A DNA stretch of 64,000 nt from Octopus bimaculoides. Its lineage: Eukaryota. The stretch's first letter is position 1. Every line of letters begins with the position of its first letter. Under the pieces are notes generated by a model. That model worked only from the letters and a program-made list of their open reading frames with translations. It did not search any database and was not told the DNA's origin. The DNA lies in assembly GCF_001194135.2 (NCBI RefSeq), contig NC_068986.1:83825790-83889789 (forward strand), written 5' to 3'. Positions 15,126-26,112 of the stretch are shown piece after piece. The position numbers and the translations under genes are program-made.

Positions 15126-15984
15126 GTAATGGACTGTGATTCTGTCTATACTGTTGGTAATCTGGAAACTGAAATGTTTCCCAAAGTTGCTATTTTTCAT
15201 TCTTTATTAATGTCATGCTACAACAAACTAATCTATCTTGTCCTTTGATTCCCAGAATAGTTTTACGTAACTGAACTTTGGACTAGAAGAATTATAATGA
15301 ACACGGCATTTCTAAAACCATAGTTCTATACACTTTGCTTTAATGGAATTTTGGAATTTGTATTACTTATCTTTCTCTCACTGTGTGTGTGTATGTGTGT
15401 TTCTTTTCTCCTTTGTCTTGTATTTTCTTGCTAACTTCCCTTTCTTACTGTTATGGATTTTTAATGTCTATCTTTCTATTTTTGTCCTTTTTTTCTAGAG
15501 GTTTTTTTAGTCTCTCCTTGAATTCATTTTACTGTTCATATCTCTCTCTCTCCCTCTCCCTCTCTCTCCCCCTCTCCCCCCTCTCTCTCTCCATCTCTCC
15601 CTCTCTCTCACTCCCCTCTCTCTCTCTTTTCCCACTGCACCATTCATTTTGGGATATTGTTCAGGGTGCTGCTGCTAACTTTCTTTTTTTTTGTAAGTGT
15701 ACTTTAACCTTACCAACAGGCAGTGGAAGCATGATTGAATTACAGATCACTGATATTTATCAGAGATGGTTAACAAAAACTTAGGTTTTGATTGCAGCTC
15801 AAATTTCACCTCTTCCCATATTGGACAGTTTTACCTATAACTGAGATAAAAGTTGAATAGTAATCTTTTATCAGTGTGCCACAGTCAATCACAGGTAAAT
15901 TTAGCTTTCTTGTTCACTGCTGTTTTCTTCTTAAATAACAGTGCAGTTTTAGTAAGTTGAATCTTCTTTTATATTTATCAAAGT

Positions 15985-16200
15985 TGTTGCTGCTGTTTAG
16001 CCTCAGGTTTGCTTTAATCAAGCAGACCTATGAGTAAAGGCACCCCAACCATAGCCATCCTGTCTTTTTTTCAGATATAGTGTATCTTGAAAACATTTAT
16101 TCGGAGTTGTATTTTTGATTTAAAAAAAAAGTAGTGTAGGTTGAAGGAGAATTACCTGCTATTTCTAGCAGATAGAGCAACCACGTATAGATGTCCAAAT
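15985..16200 (+). repeat. Dispersed repeat family E (about 200 bp, unclassified, probably SINE-like)
   Basis: Core tttagccccagg...gcagacctatgatcaaaggcattccagccatgaccatcc...gctatttctagcagg recurs at about 2205-2400, 26455-26645, 27645-28030, 29070-29350, 32895-33000 and 37505-37700 (+), and at 6560-6625, 9630-9825 and 36630-36770 (-). Confidence 0.7.
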
Positions 16201-17969
16201 TAACCTATATTTATTGAAATAAATATTACTGTTTAATTTTCTTTGTGTCTGCATCCACCAGGTGTTTATATACCTTACAAGTATATCACATAAAATGTGA
16301 GGTGGGGTGGGGTGGGGTATAGATGGGGGTTCAAAGTTTTGTTTAATATTGGGAACAATGTAGATGTTTACAATATCACATTTAGAATGGTATTTATTGC
16401 AATATCCTTCTGTTGATATAATTCCATCACTGAGAAGACGGTGTTGTCTCCACCTCCAAAGAAGTCATCTCCTAACCAAAACAGAAAAGTTTCAAAGCCA
16501 TTATGCTGCTGATTTTATATGGTTTCCTCCAAGATCTTTACAACTGATAGATCATGGCTGTGTGGTAGAGAAGGAAAGGGAGCTGGTTAATATACAGTAC
16601 CCCAGCATGACCAAAGGCCAATGGCTAAAACCATTAAAACAGTAATAAACAGTCCTCAGTTAACTTTTAGTCAGCAGTTTTCTAAATCTGTACATATGTT
16701 ACAGAGGATGTTTATGTATATATAAATGAATAGGCGCATATTATATTACTTTTCATCTTGCAAACAGGTATCAGTTTGCTTATATGTACAAGTGGCTGAT
16801 CTACTATACTAATTTGGTAGATTTGTTCAAGTGGAGATAAGCATTTAGTAGGCGTTTCTGAGTAGGAGTGAAAAGTTTTCATCTTAATATGCCTCTGAAG
16901 TCAAAATGAGATGATGGATGCTGATGTAATCCCAAACATTAGTCTACAACAATTCCAACACAATAGTAACCTCACTATTCTATTTCTGAAGAATCCTATC
17001 AGCCTATATCTTCATTACTATCAATATTTCAACATGCTTTGATTTACTTTTCAGCATTGGTTGGATGAGTTAACTGTATCATCTCATTTGTATGCTAAAT
17101 ATCTTAGAATTTGAACTCACCAGTTCATTCTGTAAATCTTTAACTGACTCTTCTCAACTATCAAAACAGAGGCCAGCTTGCTTTTGATTGTAATCTATAT
17201 GTTACCTACTGAAAGCACTTCAATTGAAAGTATGTTTAAATCTATAAGAAACACCATTCATGCATGTAATCAGCTCTGTCTTACTGAATGAAGGCAGAAA
17301 ATATAATTTCAACTTCTTACATATCACTAACACTCCCAATACATCTTAATGCAAAACACTTCTAAATTCACTATTTTCACAAACACAAAGCAGATACACA
17401 CCCTAAAATAACCATGTTATCAATTTTTTTATCTTCACTTTTACATCCAAACTGTTTCAGTTCTCTTTAATAAACTTAAAAAGTCATCGTGTTTACCACT
17501 ATAATTATGTAATCTCTGTTGCAACATAGCACATCATGCAAAATACACTAATTGCCTTATTGCCTTTGAACAGCCTACAAACTCTCCAGACTATATCCCA
17601 TATAACATTGTTGTCCCATACCTCTTTCTCTGACAAATCCTAGATAACATGATCTGATTGTCATACTGCACACTACAACTTATACTAACTACTATACTAA
17701 ATTTCACACAAACAACTATGGCTACCACACAATATCTTAAAAACAAAATTTCCAGATTACTGCATTGCATCCCATATTGTATTACTTTTACAAAATGACC
17801 AAGTAGATACAATATTTGATGACTAGCTCAGGAGTCTTAAATTTAAATTTGCCCTGAAAAAACTGAGAACTAGGATGGTGGGAACAGAAGACAATATTTC
17901 TAATACCTTCAACTGTGCTCATGTATTTTGGTTGATGATAAATGAGCATGTTGCATCTAATCTGATTGT

Positions 17970-18119
17970 GTAGTTGTATGCTGTCAACTTAATGTGACAA
18001 TCCCCCGAAATGAATAATACTACTGTTGGTTAGACCTAGGAAGCTGCACCTCAGTCTAACCAACAGTAGTTTTATTCCCTTCAGGGGACTGTCATATTAA
18101 GTTGACAGCATACAACTAC
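17970..18119. repeat. Inverted repeat: 66-bp arms (60/66 identical), 18-nt loop
   Basis: Direct reverse-complement comparison of 17970-18035 with 18054-18119. Confidence 0.95.
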
Positions 18120-18554
18120 TTCATCATATCATTATTGCATAAATCTCTCTGAAAGATTTAGAAATGTATTATTTCTAATCTGATTGTGTTGTAAAGAAAA
18201 CAAACACTCAGACATCATTAACTAGGACTGATTGGCATGAAGTAACTTGCCAACACATGAACTTCTGACTTGGAGTTCTACAAAGCTGGTTGAGTTTATG
18301 CTGTCTCCACTCAGGTATTTCTAACTCACTTATCTCCCCTCTTGCTTCCCATATTGAGAAACCTCTTAACCCGCAAAATTAGTCCTATGCTAACCATTGT
18401 ACCTAGTCTCCCCACCCCCAAAATGTTGGCTCTTTGGAATTCCTTGCTTGTCCTTTGTTTCTGCATCGGCCTCATCAGTTTTGGAGAGCCTGCTAAGCAT
18501 AGTTCCTCAAAACCAAATCAAAAAAAAATTTATATCTATAGGTGCAGTAGTGGC

Positions 18555-18757
18555 TGTGTGTGTTTGTGTCTCTAGTTGTCCCCCTGCCACCATTACCACT
18601 TGACAACTGGTGTTGGTGTGTTTATGTCCCCATAACTTAGCAGTTCAGCAAAAGAGACCGATAGAATAAGTACCAGGCTTAAAAAATAAATAATAGGGTC
18701 GATTCATTTGACTAAAAATTCAAGGCGGTGCCTCAGCATGGCTGAAGTCTAGTGACT
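18555..18757 (+). mobile_element. SINE family A, 3' module only, ending at the assembly gap
   Basis: cttgacaactggtgttggtgtgtttatgtccccataacttagc...aagagaccgatagaataagtac matches the 3' half of the other copies. Confidence 0.75.
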
Positions 18758-19234
18758 NNNNNNNNNNNNNNNNNNNNNNNNNNNNNNNNNNNNNNNNNNN
18801 NNNNNNNNNNNNNNNNNNNNNNNNNNNNNNNNNNNNNNNNNNNNNNNNNNNNNNNNNNNNNNNNNNNNNNNNNNNNNNNNNNNNNNNNNNNNNNNNNNNN
18901 NNNNNNNNNNNNNNNNNNNNNNNNNNNNNNNNNNNNNNNNNNNNNNNNNNNNNNNNNNNNNNNNNNNNNNNNNNNNNNNNNNNNNNNNNNNNNNNNNNNN
19001 NNNNNNNNNNNNNNNNNNNNNNNNNNNNNNNNNNNNNNNNNNNNNNNNNNNNNNNNNNNNNNNNNNNNNNNNNNNNNNNNNNNNNNNNNNNNNNNNNNNN
19101 NNNNNNNNNNNNNNNNNNNNNNNNNNNNNNNNNNNNNNNNNNNNNNNNNNNNNNNNNNNNNNNNNNNNNNNNNNNNNNNNNNNNNNNNNNNTATATATAT
19201 TATATGTGATTTATAAATATTCTCTCTCTATATA

Positions 19235-19645
19235 GGCGTGACTGTGTGGTAAGAAGTTTGCTTCCTAACCACATGGTTCCGGGTTCAGTCCCACTGCATG
19301 GCAACTTGGGAAAGTGTCTTCTGCTATAGCCTTGGGCCAAACAAAGCCTTGTGAGTGGATTTGGTAGATGGAAACTGAAAGAAGCCTGTTGTATATATAT
19401 ATATATATATATATATACGTGTGTGTGTATGTATGTATATGTCTGTATTTGTTCCCCCACCATTGCTTGACAACCGATGTTGGTGTGTTTACATCCATGT
19501 AACTTAGCAATTTGGCAAAAGAGACCAATAGAATAAGTATTAGATTTACAAAGAATAAGTCCTGGGGTCAATTTGTTCGACTAAAGGCGGTGTTCCATCA
19601 TGGCTGCAGTCAAATGACTGAAACAAGTAAAAGAATAAAAGAATA
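19235..19645 (+). mobile_element. SINE family A, near full-length copy
   Basis: Collinear with the reverse complement of 1631-2033, including the internal (TA)n/(TG)n tract and the aagaataaaagaata tail. Confidence 0.85.
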
Positions 19646-20756
19646 TAATACACTTACATACATTCTATATTGATTTCTAGAATTAATAACATCTTATTTT
19701 TAATTAATTTTATTCCATATGCAATTATTTTTATTTAAATAATTCAGCAATATATTTTTGTACAGCCTCATAACATAGTTGCAAGACATCAGTCTAATGC
19801 ACTTCAGTTGCACAATGTAAAGATATCTGACCTGCAACTCCAAACGTCATTAATTCAGCATTTTGTGTCTATGTATGTGTGTTTGGTAGTATTAAATGCA
19901 TGCTCACAGGGGTGCTTGTAAATGCATGTTTGAAGATAAGGTAGGCATTAGTGTGTGTGACAAGACAACAACAAAACAAAAAATAGAATAAAATAAAATA
20001 AAATAAATGTAGCAGTGCAGAAAATTCTGAGGAGAAAATTGAATTTTTGGCAGATCAGATCATTTCTGATTTATCGCCAGTAGGTTACTGCTGTTGCTAG
20101 TGCTGCCGTTGGCAACATCTTAAGAAAAACAAATGAGATAAATGAAATTATCTCTTTTTATGAAGTTTGCTTCCTTGTGTTGTGTCTAGCAGAAATTGCT
20201 AAAAGTGATGGTTTTACTTATGTATACACCAGATCATTTCTGTTGTCAAGGGAAAATCCTTTTCATAATCATTGCCATCAGCAAAATCATCATCATCAGC
20301 ATCACCACTGTCATTATCATCATTGTCTTTGTCATTGTTATCGTCATCATCATTGCTGTCATGATCATAGTTGCTATCATTATCATACTCTACATAATTT
20401 TCATAATCATTATTTTCATCATTGTACTAATTCCTATTCTGCCTCATATTCACATTGTACCTGGACCCAGTACATTCTGTTAAGTGGTTGGCATTAGGAA
20501 AGGCATTCAGCTGTAGAAATTATGCTAAGGCAGACACAGAACCTGGTGGAACCCTCACACCCATCTGTTCTTCTTAAACTGTCCAATCCTTGCCTGCATG
20601 GAAAATGGCACATTAAGTGATGATGACATATATATATATAATTATTATTATTATTATTTTATATTTGTTTCAGTAATTAGACTGCAGCAGTGCATATATA
20701 TATTGCATACATGCATATGCTCAAGAGATAGCTAGCTTCTGCATTCATATATATGT

Positions 20757-20762
20757 CTGTAT

Positions 20763-20809
<47 letters not shown>

Positions 20810-20812
20810 TTT
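20757..20812. repeat. (TTTA)n tract abutting the putative 20831 acceptor
   Basis: Direct reading. Confidence 0.9.
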
Positions 20813-20850
20813 TCTTTTTGTCTTTTTCAGATATCCTAGTTGCAGTTATC

Positions 20851-20878
20851 ATGAGAGCTTCCAATGGTGATAACTCTG
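20851..20878 (+). CDS. NFAT5: Putative first coding exon of NFAT5 (exon 20831-20878; ATG at 20851; encodes MRASNGDNS plus 1 nt)
   Basis: Acceptor tctttttcag|20831 follows a long T-rich (TTTA)n tract. ATG has A at -3 (atcATG). Donor is G|gttagt at 20879. The phase-1 end joins exon 39375 as G+AT = Asp with no stop. Inferred from splice signals and phase only. Confidence 0.6.
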
Positions 20879-21048
20879 GTTAGTAACAATACCTATTGTT
20901 TTTTTTCTTTTATTGAACTTTTAAAGCTATTATTGTAAAACATACATATTTCTGTTTTTGCTTCTCTTCTTTATTGCAATTTACTCTTGCAATGTTCTTC
21001 AGCCATTACCCCTTGTGGCAAAAAAAAAGAAAGAATTATTATTATCAT

Positions 21049-21845
21049 TTTTCTTTATCACAGGTTTTTTTGGAACTCCTGGAGTCTTGCATGCATAGTG
21101 GGCTTGCTACCTGCAGCCTACAGTACCATGCTATCTGTTCTTTTCAGTTATCTAATACTTTCCTGATTATTCTGACTGTGCCAAGGAGGCAAACCTTTTG
21201 TAACAGTTCTGCTACGCACTTTATTCCAATTTCCTTATATTCCCCTTGATGCTTTCTGATACTGTTCTCAAGGACCCAACAATAGTTGGCACTATCTTGA
21301 CCTTCTTCATTTTTCATAGCTGGGCTGTTTCGTACTTAAGAGGCTTGTATTTATCTATCTTTTCGCCTTCCTTCTTGACTATTTGTGAGTCAGAGGGGCA
21401 TGCAATATCAACTATATAGCATATGTGGTGCACTTTGTCCACCACCACTAGACTAGGTCCAGTTTTTTATGCTCTAGCACTTGATCTATTTTGGATTGGG
21501 AAATCCCAGAGGATTTGACTAGTCTCCAATTCTGCCACTCTCTGTGATTTGTGCTCATATCACATCTTGCCTCTCTCTCTAGCCCCCACTTTTCGTACAG
21601 TTTCCAATGTAGCACTGTCGCTACCTGATCGTGTCACCACAACTTGTAGTGGTTTTGGGTAAGTTTAGAGAATTCATTCGTGACATGGGCAATGGTTTCA
21701 TCCACTCTATTGCAGATACGGCACAGTGCAGACACTTGCTCATTCCTAAGGTTCACCCTCCAGTTCGTGGCCAAAACTTGTTCTTGTGCTGCCAGTATAG
21801 TGCTCTTGGTTTCTTTTTTTAAATGTTCCTTTCATTAGCCAATCC
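21049..21845 (-). mobile_element. 5'-truncated R4/Dong-clade LINE (CCHC knuckle plus restriction-like endonuclease) in an (ATT)n tract
   Basis: Minus-strand relics ILAAQEQVLATN, LCRICNRVDETIAHV, HDQVATVLHW, LWDFPIQ, LVVVDK..DIACP and LLQKVCLLGTVRIIRKVLDN*. Both flanks are ATT repeats. Confidence 0.85.
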
Positions 21846-21897
21846 TACCTATTTATTATTATTATTATTGTTGTTGTTGTTGTTGTTGTTGTTGTTA

Positions 21898-22085
21898 ACG
21901 TTGCACAGTATAGTATATCATAAGGTTGTTGATTGAAGATATTGTGTCTACTGGGGGTTTGTACTGATTTGTCAAGTCACAACAAGGACCTCAGACAGAC
22001 AGTACTTTACACAATATGTGTGCAGTTCTAAGTAATGCTGACTTTTGCAATACATCTAGATTGTAGGGTATCTCTAAGGTTTTCA
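21898..22085 (-). mobile_element. 3' end of a second R4/Dong-like subfamily
   Basis: Minus strand LKTLEIPYNLDVLQKSALLRTAHILCKVLSV*, then a 3' UTR ending in (AAC)n(AAT)n. Confidence 0.72.
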
Positions 22086-22189
22086 GATGTTTTTTTCAGA
22101 TTGGGTGGTATTGAACCCAATGCTCTGATGACAAATGGGATAACCTTTGTGTTCGACTCTCATAGCTGCCACATCTTAGCAATCTCAAT

Positions 22190-22545
22190 TCCCAACCAAA
22201 CTAAAAACAAGGCTAGAGTGAATGCCCATTTGACCAACTGGCATTTATAGCTGCAAAGAATGGACTCTGAACAAATTTGAAGAGAATATAATCAATGCAT
22301 TTGAAATGTAGGTGTATAGGAGAATCTTATGAGTCTCTTACAAGGATCATCAGACAATAAATGGTTTTTATAAACAAGTAGGTGAAAGACAATTCCTGAA
22401 CATTTTGAAAAAGACAAAAGCTCATCTATTATGGCTATATTCAAAGAAGCAGAGGTCTAGAAAACATTATTATCACGAAAGGAAGAGTTGAGGATAATAG
22501 ATCGAGAAGCATGCAAAAAATGCAATGGATGGACAAAGAGTAGCA
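22190..22545 (+). mobile_element. RTE/BovB-like LINE fragment, RT C-terminal region
   Basis: YSCKEWTLNKFEENIINAFEM*VYRRIL*VSY, RKLIYYGYIQR and GRVEDNR..WMD resemble the RTE consensus YGCESWTL..AFEMWCYRRIL..KL.YFGH. Confidence 0.72.
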
Positions 22546-24084
22546 AGATAGCTAGAGATTTTACTCTTAATCAGGAAAACTTTCATTGTCATGTCATCAA
22601 TGAACTGCTATGTCATTAATGCACTACAATACATAACAATGAGAACCCTTTATAGGAGGATAATTTCCTTACAATTGTCAGTAAAACAATGAAACTAAAT
22701 TCCTAACTCCCCATCAACCATCTTCCGCAGCTCAATGGATCATTTCTTTATTTTCTTTTCTTGCATTTTCCTTTTGCTTTCGATGGAATCTTCTTTGGTA
22801 AATACTATGAACCAACAATTTATTTCTGTAACTTTCTTTTTTTTCCTCTCCTTTCTTCTTCATATCATTTCGAATCATGCCTTTTTTCCTTTCCATGTGC
22901 CTTTACTTCCTTCTTTTTATTCTGTTTCCCTCTCTTCCTTTTATTCTCTCTGTTTACCTATATCCCTTCCTTTTTCTTTCTTTCTTTTTGATTTACTTCT
23001 GTTTTTCCCCATTCTTTTATTTCTTCCCATTAAAAAAATTTTATTCTAGTCTTTTCCATCCATTCCTTCAGTTATTTCTTTCATCCTCTCCTTACATTAA
23101 ATGCTTGTTTGGTATGACTGAGCCTACAGGGTATCATGGTCTTAGTTAACTTGCACCTTAGAATCTCAAGAGAATTATTGACAGCTTTCTTAGAAAGATT
23201 ATTGTGTTATTAGAGACTCTAAGTCTGAGATGGATCATGTGAGTTGCAATTGTCAGATATAATTAATACTGTCAGTTACAGATATAACATACACACATAC
23301 ATATTAGTAAGTTACTGACTGCAACAAGTGTACACTTGTTTCATTCTATTGGGAGATCTTCAAGTAGTGGAATAAATGCTGTGTAGCTTTCCAATAGCTG
23401 TCTTTGTGTCAGACAATCAAGGAAAAGCAAGAGAAACCATGCAAGTAGGAAGACTTTCTTTTGTATTAGTGTGAGGTATTGTTTAGTAAACAATGGAAAA
23501 TTTTACTCTTGGAGTTTTGGCTTTTAAGAATTTTATTTTAAAGTGGTTGAGGAATATTTTTAATACACTATAGTATGAGTTCTCTCTCTTTCTATGGTAC
23601 AACGTTGTGTTTGGAGTGTATTTTAGATGTAAATCTATAGGAAACTGAAAGATTTCAGAGGTCTAACTGTTGCCTATAAGACAGATAGGAAATGGAATTG
23701 AAAAATGTTAGTCCATACCAAACAGATATGGTAACTTACCTTATGATTCTGGGACTATGCAGAGTTTCTACAAATTGTTATCTTGTTTCTTCAGCTGGTT
23801 GATAAAGGCAGAGCTGGTGAGGTAGTAGCAGCATGTGTGTGAGATGGTGTGCATCAATTAAGGTTAATGATGTATCTGTACATACATATGCAGGCCTGGG
23901 CAAAAGTTTTTGAAATAGACTGGCAGTACTCCAGCATGCAAGTCTCCCCTTCTCCACATTACTTATATTTAACCAAAAGAACACCAATGACTTAAACCAA
24001 TACAGCTTGTTATTAGTGTCATCACAGGCTTTGCTATCAGAAAGGAATGAGCCAGAATAGATACTGTAAGGCAACTTGCCTAAT

Positions 24085-24265
24085 CCTTTAACAGTTCTGC
24101 AGTCCAACACCTTTGACTGGTACTTTTTCACTGGCCTTGAAGGGATGAAAGACAAAGTTGGTCTCAATGGTATTTGAATTCAGATTGCAGGGAGTCATAG
24201 CAAATATAGCAGGGCATACTACCCAATGCTCTAATGACTTTATCCATTCACTGTCTCCAGTGGTC
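24085..24265 (-). mobile_element. Diverged SINE family B copy
   Basis: ttgactggtactttttc...gaagggatgaaagacaaagttggtctc..atttgaattcag is the reverse complement of the family B core. Confidence 0.6.
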
Positions 24266-25728
24266 AGGTAATCAGCTTTTATAGCAGTACGAGTCATATG
24301 TGTGTGTGCATGTGCACTTGTATATGTATGTATTGAGGAAACTGAAGGTACAATTCTTTGCAGCAACTAACCAGTTTCATCTCATCTAGGAATCATCAAG
24401 TAGTTATGATAATAAAAATTAAAAGTTTATCTATTATAAGTTGGTTCAGGACATGTACCTTCGATTTCCTCAATAAAAATATATACTTTACACATGTATT
24501 GAGTTCATTTTCTGTTAGAAGTACTCATAAGTATCAGTGTGTGTGTGTGTGTTTGTGTGTGTGTATTTGTACTGAATATTAGCCTCCAGTTCTGGTTTAT
24601 ACATCGCGTTTACACTAGGGAATGAAATATTGCTTCTTGATCTTGCAGTGACCCTCTCAACCTGAAAGGTTCTTGTAATTGTTTAGTCCCAGGGTAAGTC
24701 CTGATAGACCAGGCCTATGATGAGAGGCCTACTCTCTGTAGGATGAGATTTGAGTGATATTTAGCTACTATTTTGAGTGATCATGTAAAGGGTCCCTTAG
24801 TTTTCATGGGAAGAAGTAGGTATAAGTTATAAGGTTTACCATTCAAGAAGATTTCTTTATACCATATTAATAACAGAGTTGACTTGACTGTATATTGTTG
24901 GTTTACATTTGTGTTTCAGAGTGAGAGAGACAGAGAGAGAGAGAGAGAATGTGAGAAGAAATGTTTTGAGAAATAAAATGTAGAGACTAATATGATGGAA
25001 ATGAATCTCTCCAAAATGATATTTTATAAATATTTATAAGGAATAGAATATTTTTGTGTAAATACCACATAAGGTCAAATACTTTGACCATTTTGATTTA
25101 AGAATTATAAACATTGCCTTTAACCTTGTATTTTAACTAATCATCATGTATGTGTATTTATGTGTATATGATGTATATGTATACGCACACACACACACAT
25201 ATAAGCGTGTGTGTGTGTATGTGTGTGTGTGTATGTGTGTGTGTGATTATTGCTTATAAATTGTAGATATATCAGCTGTTTAAGTATGTGTGGTGGCAGG
25301 GAGAATATATTATCAAACTTTTTAGTAAAAATCTATTGTCTCATTGAAGGAAGGTGGTGGTGAAAAAAAATGAAAACAAGACAAAAAAAATGAGCTTAAA
25401 CCAATGATAGATTTAGTATCATGTTTAGAAAACATAAAGTTCAGGCATCAATCATAATGTATTCCACCTGCCAGATATGATGAGCACCAACTGAGATAGG
25501 CATGAAACATTGAAATAATGACGCCTCAGTAACTGTTACTCGTTCTAATCAGAAACTGTAGTAGCAGGTGATAGTAATTCTGGTGAAAGTGTTATATGAT
25601 TTCTTAGTGTGCTGGGAATTCTGGACCCAAAGGATCACTGGCTGATTATAAGTCTCTGGAATCTGTTGAGAAACCAGGTAGAATATACAGACTCCTCCTT
25701 AAAAAGATAAGGATTAAAGGATACAATA

Positions 25729-26112
25729 TGTTGTTGGCACTCCGTCGCTTACGACGTCGAGGGTTCCAGTTGATCCGATCAACAGAACAGCCTGCTCGTG
25801 AAATTAACATGCAAGTGGCTGAGCACTCCACAGACACGTGTACCCTTAACGTAGTTCTCGGGGATATCAGTGTGACACAGTGTGACAAGGCTGACCCTTT
25901 GAATTACAGGCACACCAGAAACAGGAAGAAAGAGTGAGAGAAAGTTGTGGTGAAAGAGTACAGCAGGGTTCGCGACCATCCCCTGCCGGAGCCTCGTGGA
26001 GCTTTAGGCATTTTCACTCAATAAACACTCACAACACCCGGTCTGGGAATCGAAACCGCGATCCTATGACCGCGGATCCGCTGCCCTAACCACTGGGCCA
26101 TTGCGCCTCCAC
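25729..26112 (-). mobile_element. tRNA-derived SINE family C, young copy with tail type 1
   Basis: Head ggaggcgcaatggcccagtggttagg...gtttcgattccc. CpG-rich. 13-bp TSD aaaggatacaata at 25716-25728 and 26113-26125. Confidence 0.92.

Noticed and set aside
16960-17830. Possible CR1/L2-like relic on the minus strand (SLESL*AVQRQ)
   Set aside because: Only one or two weak motif echoes, too degraded to call.
26035-26112. tRNA-like sequence with A/B boxes (also 30010-30086, 1960-2033 and the SINE-B heads)
   Set aside because: These are heads of SINEs continuing into repeat bodies with TSDs or tails, not tRNA genes.
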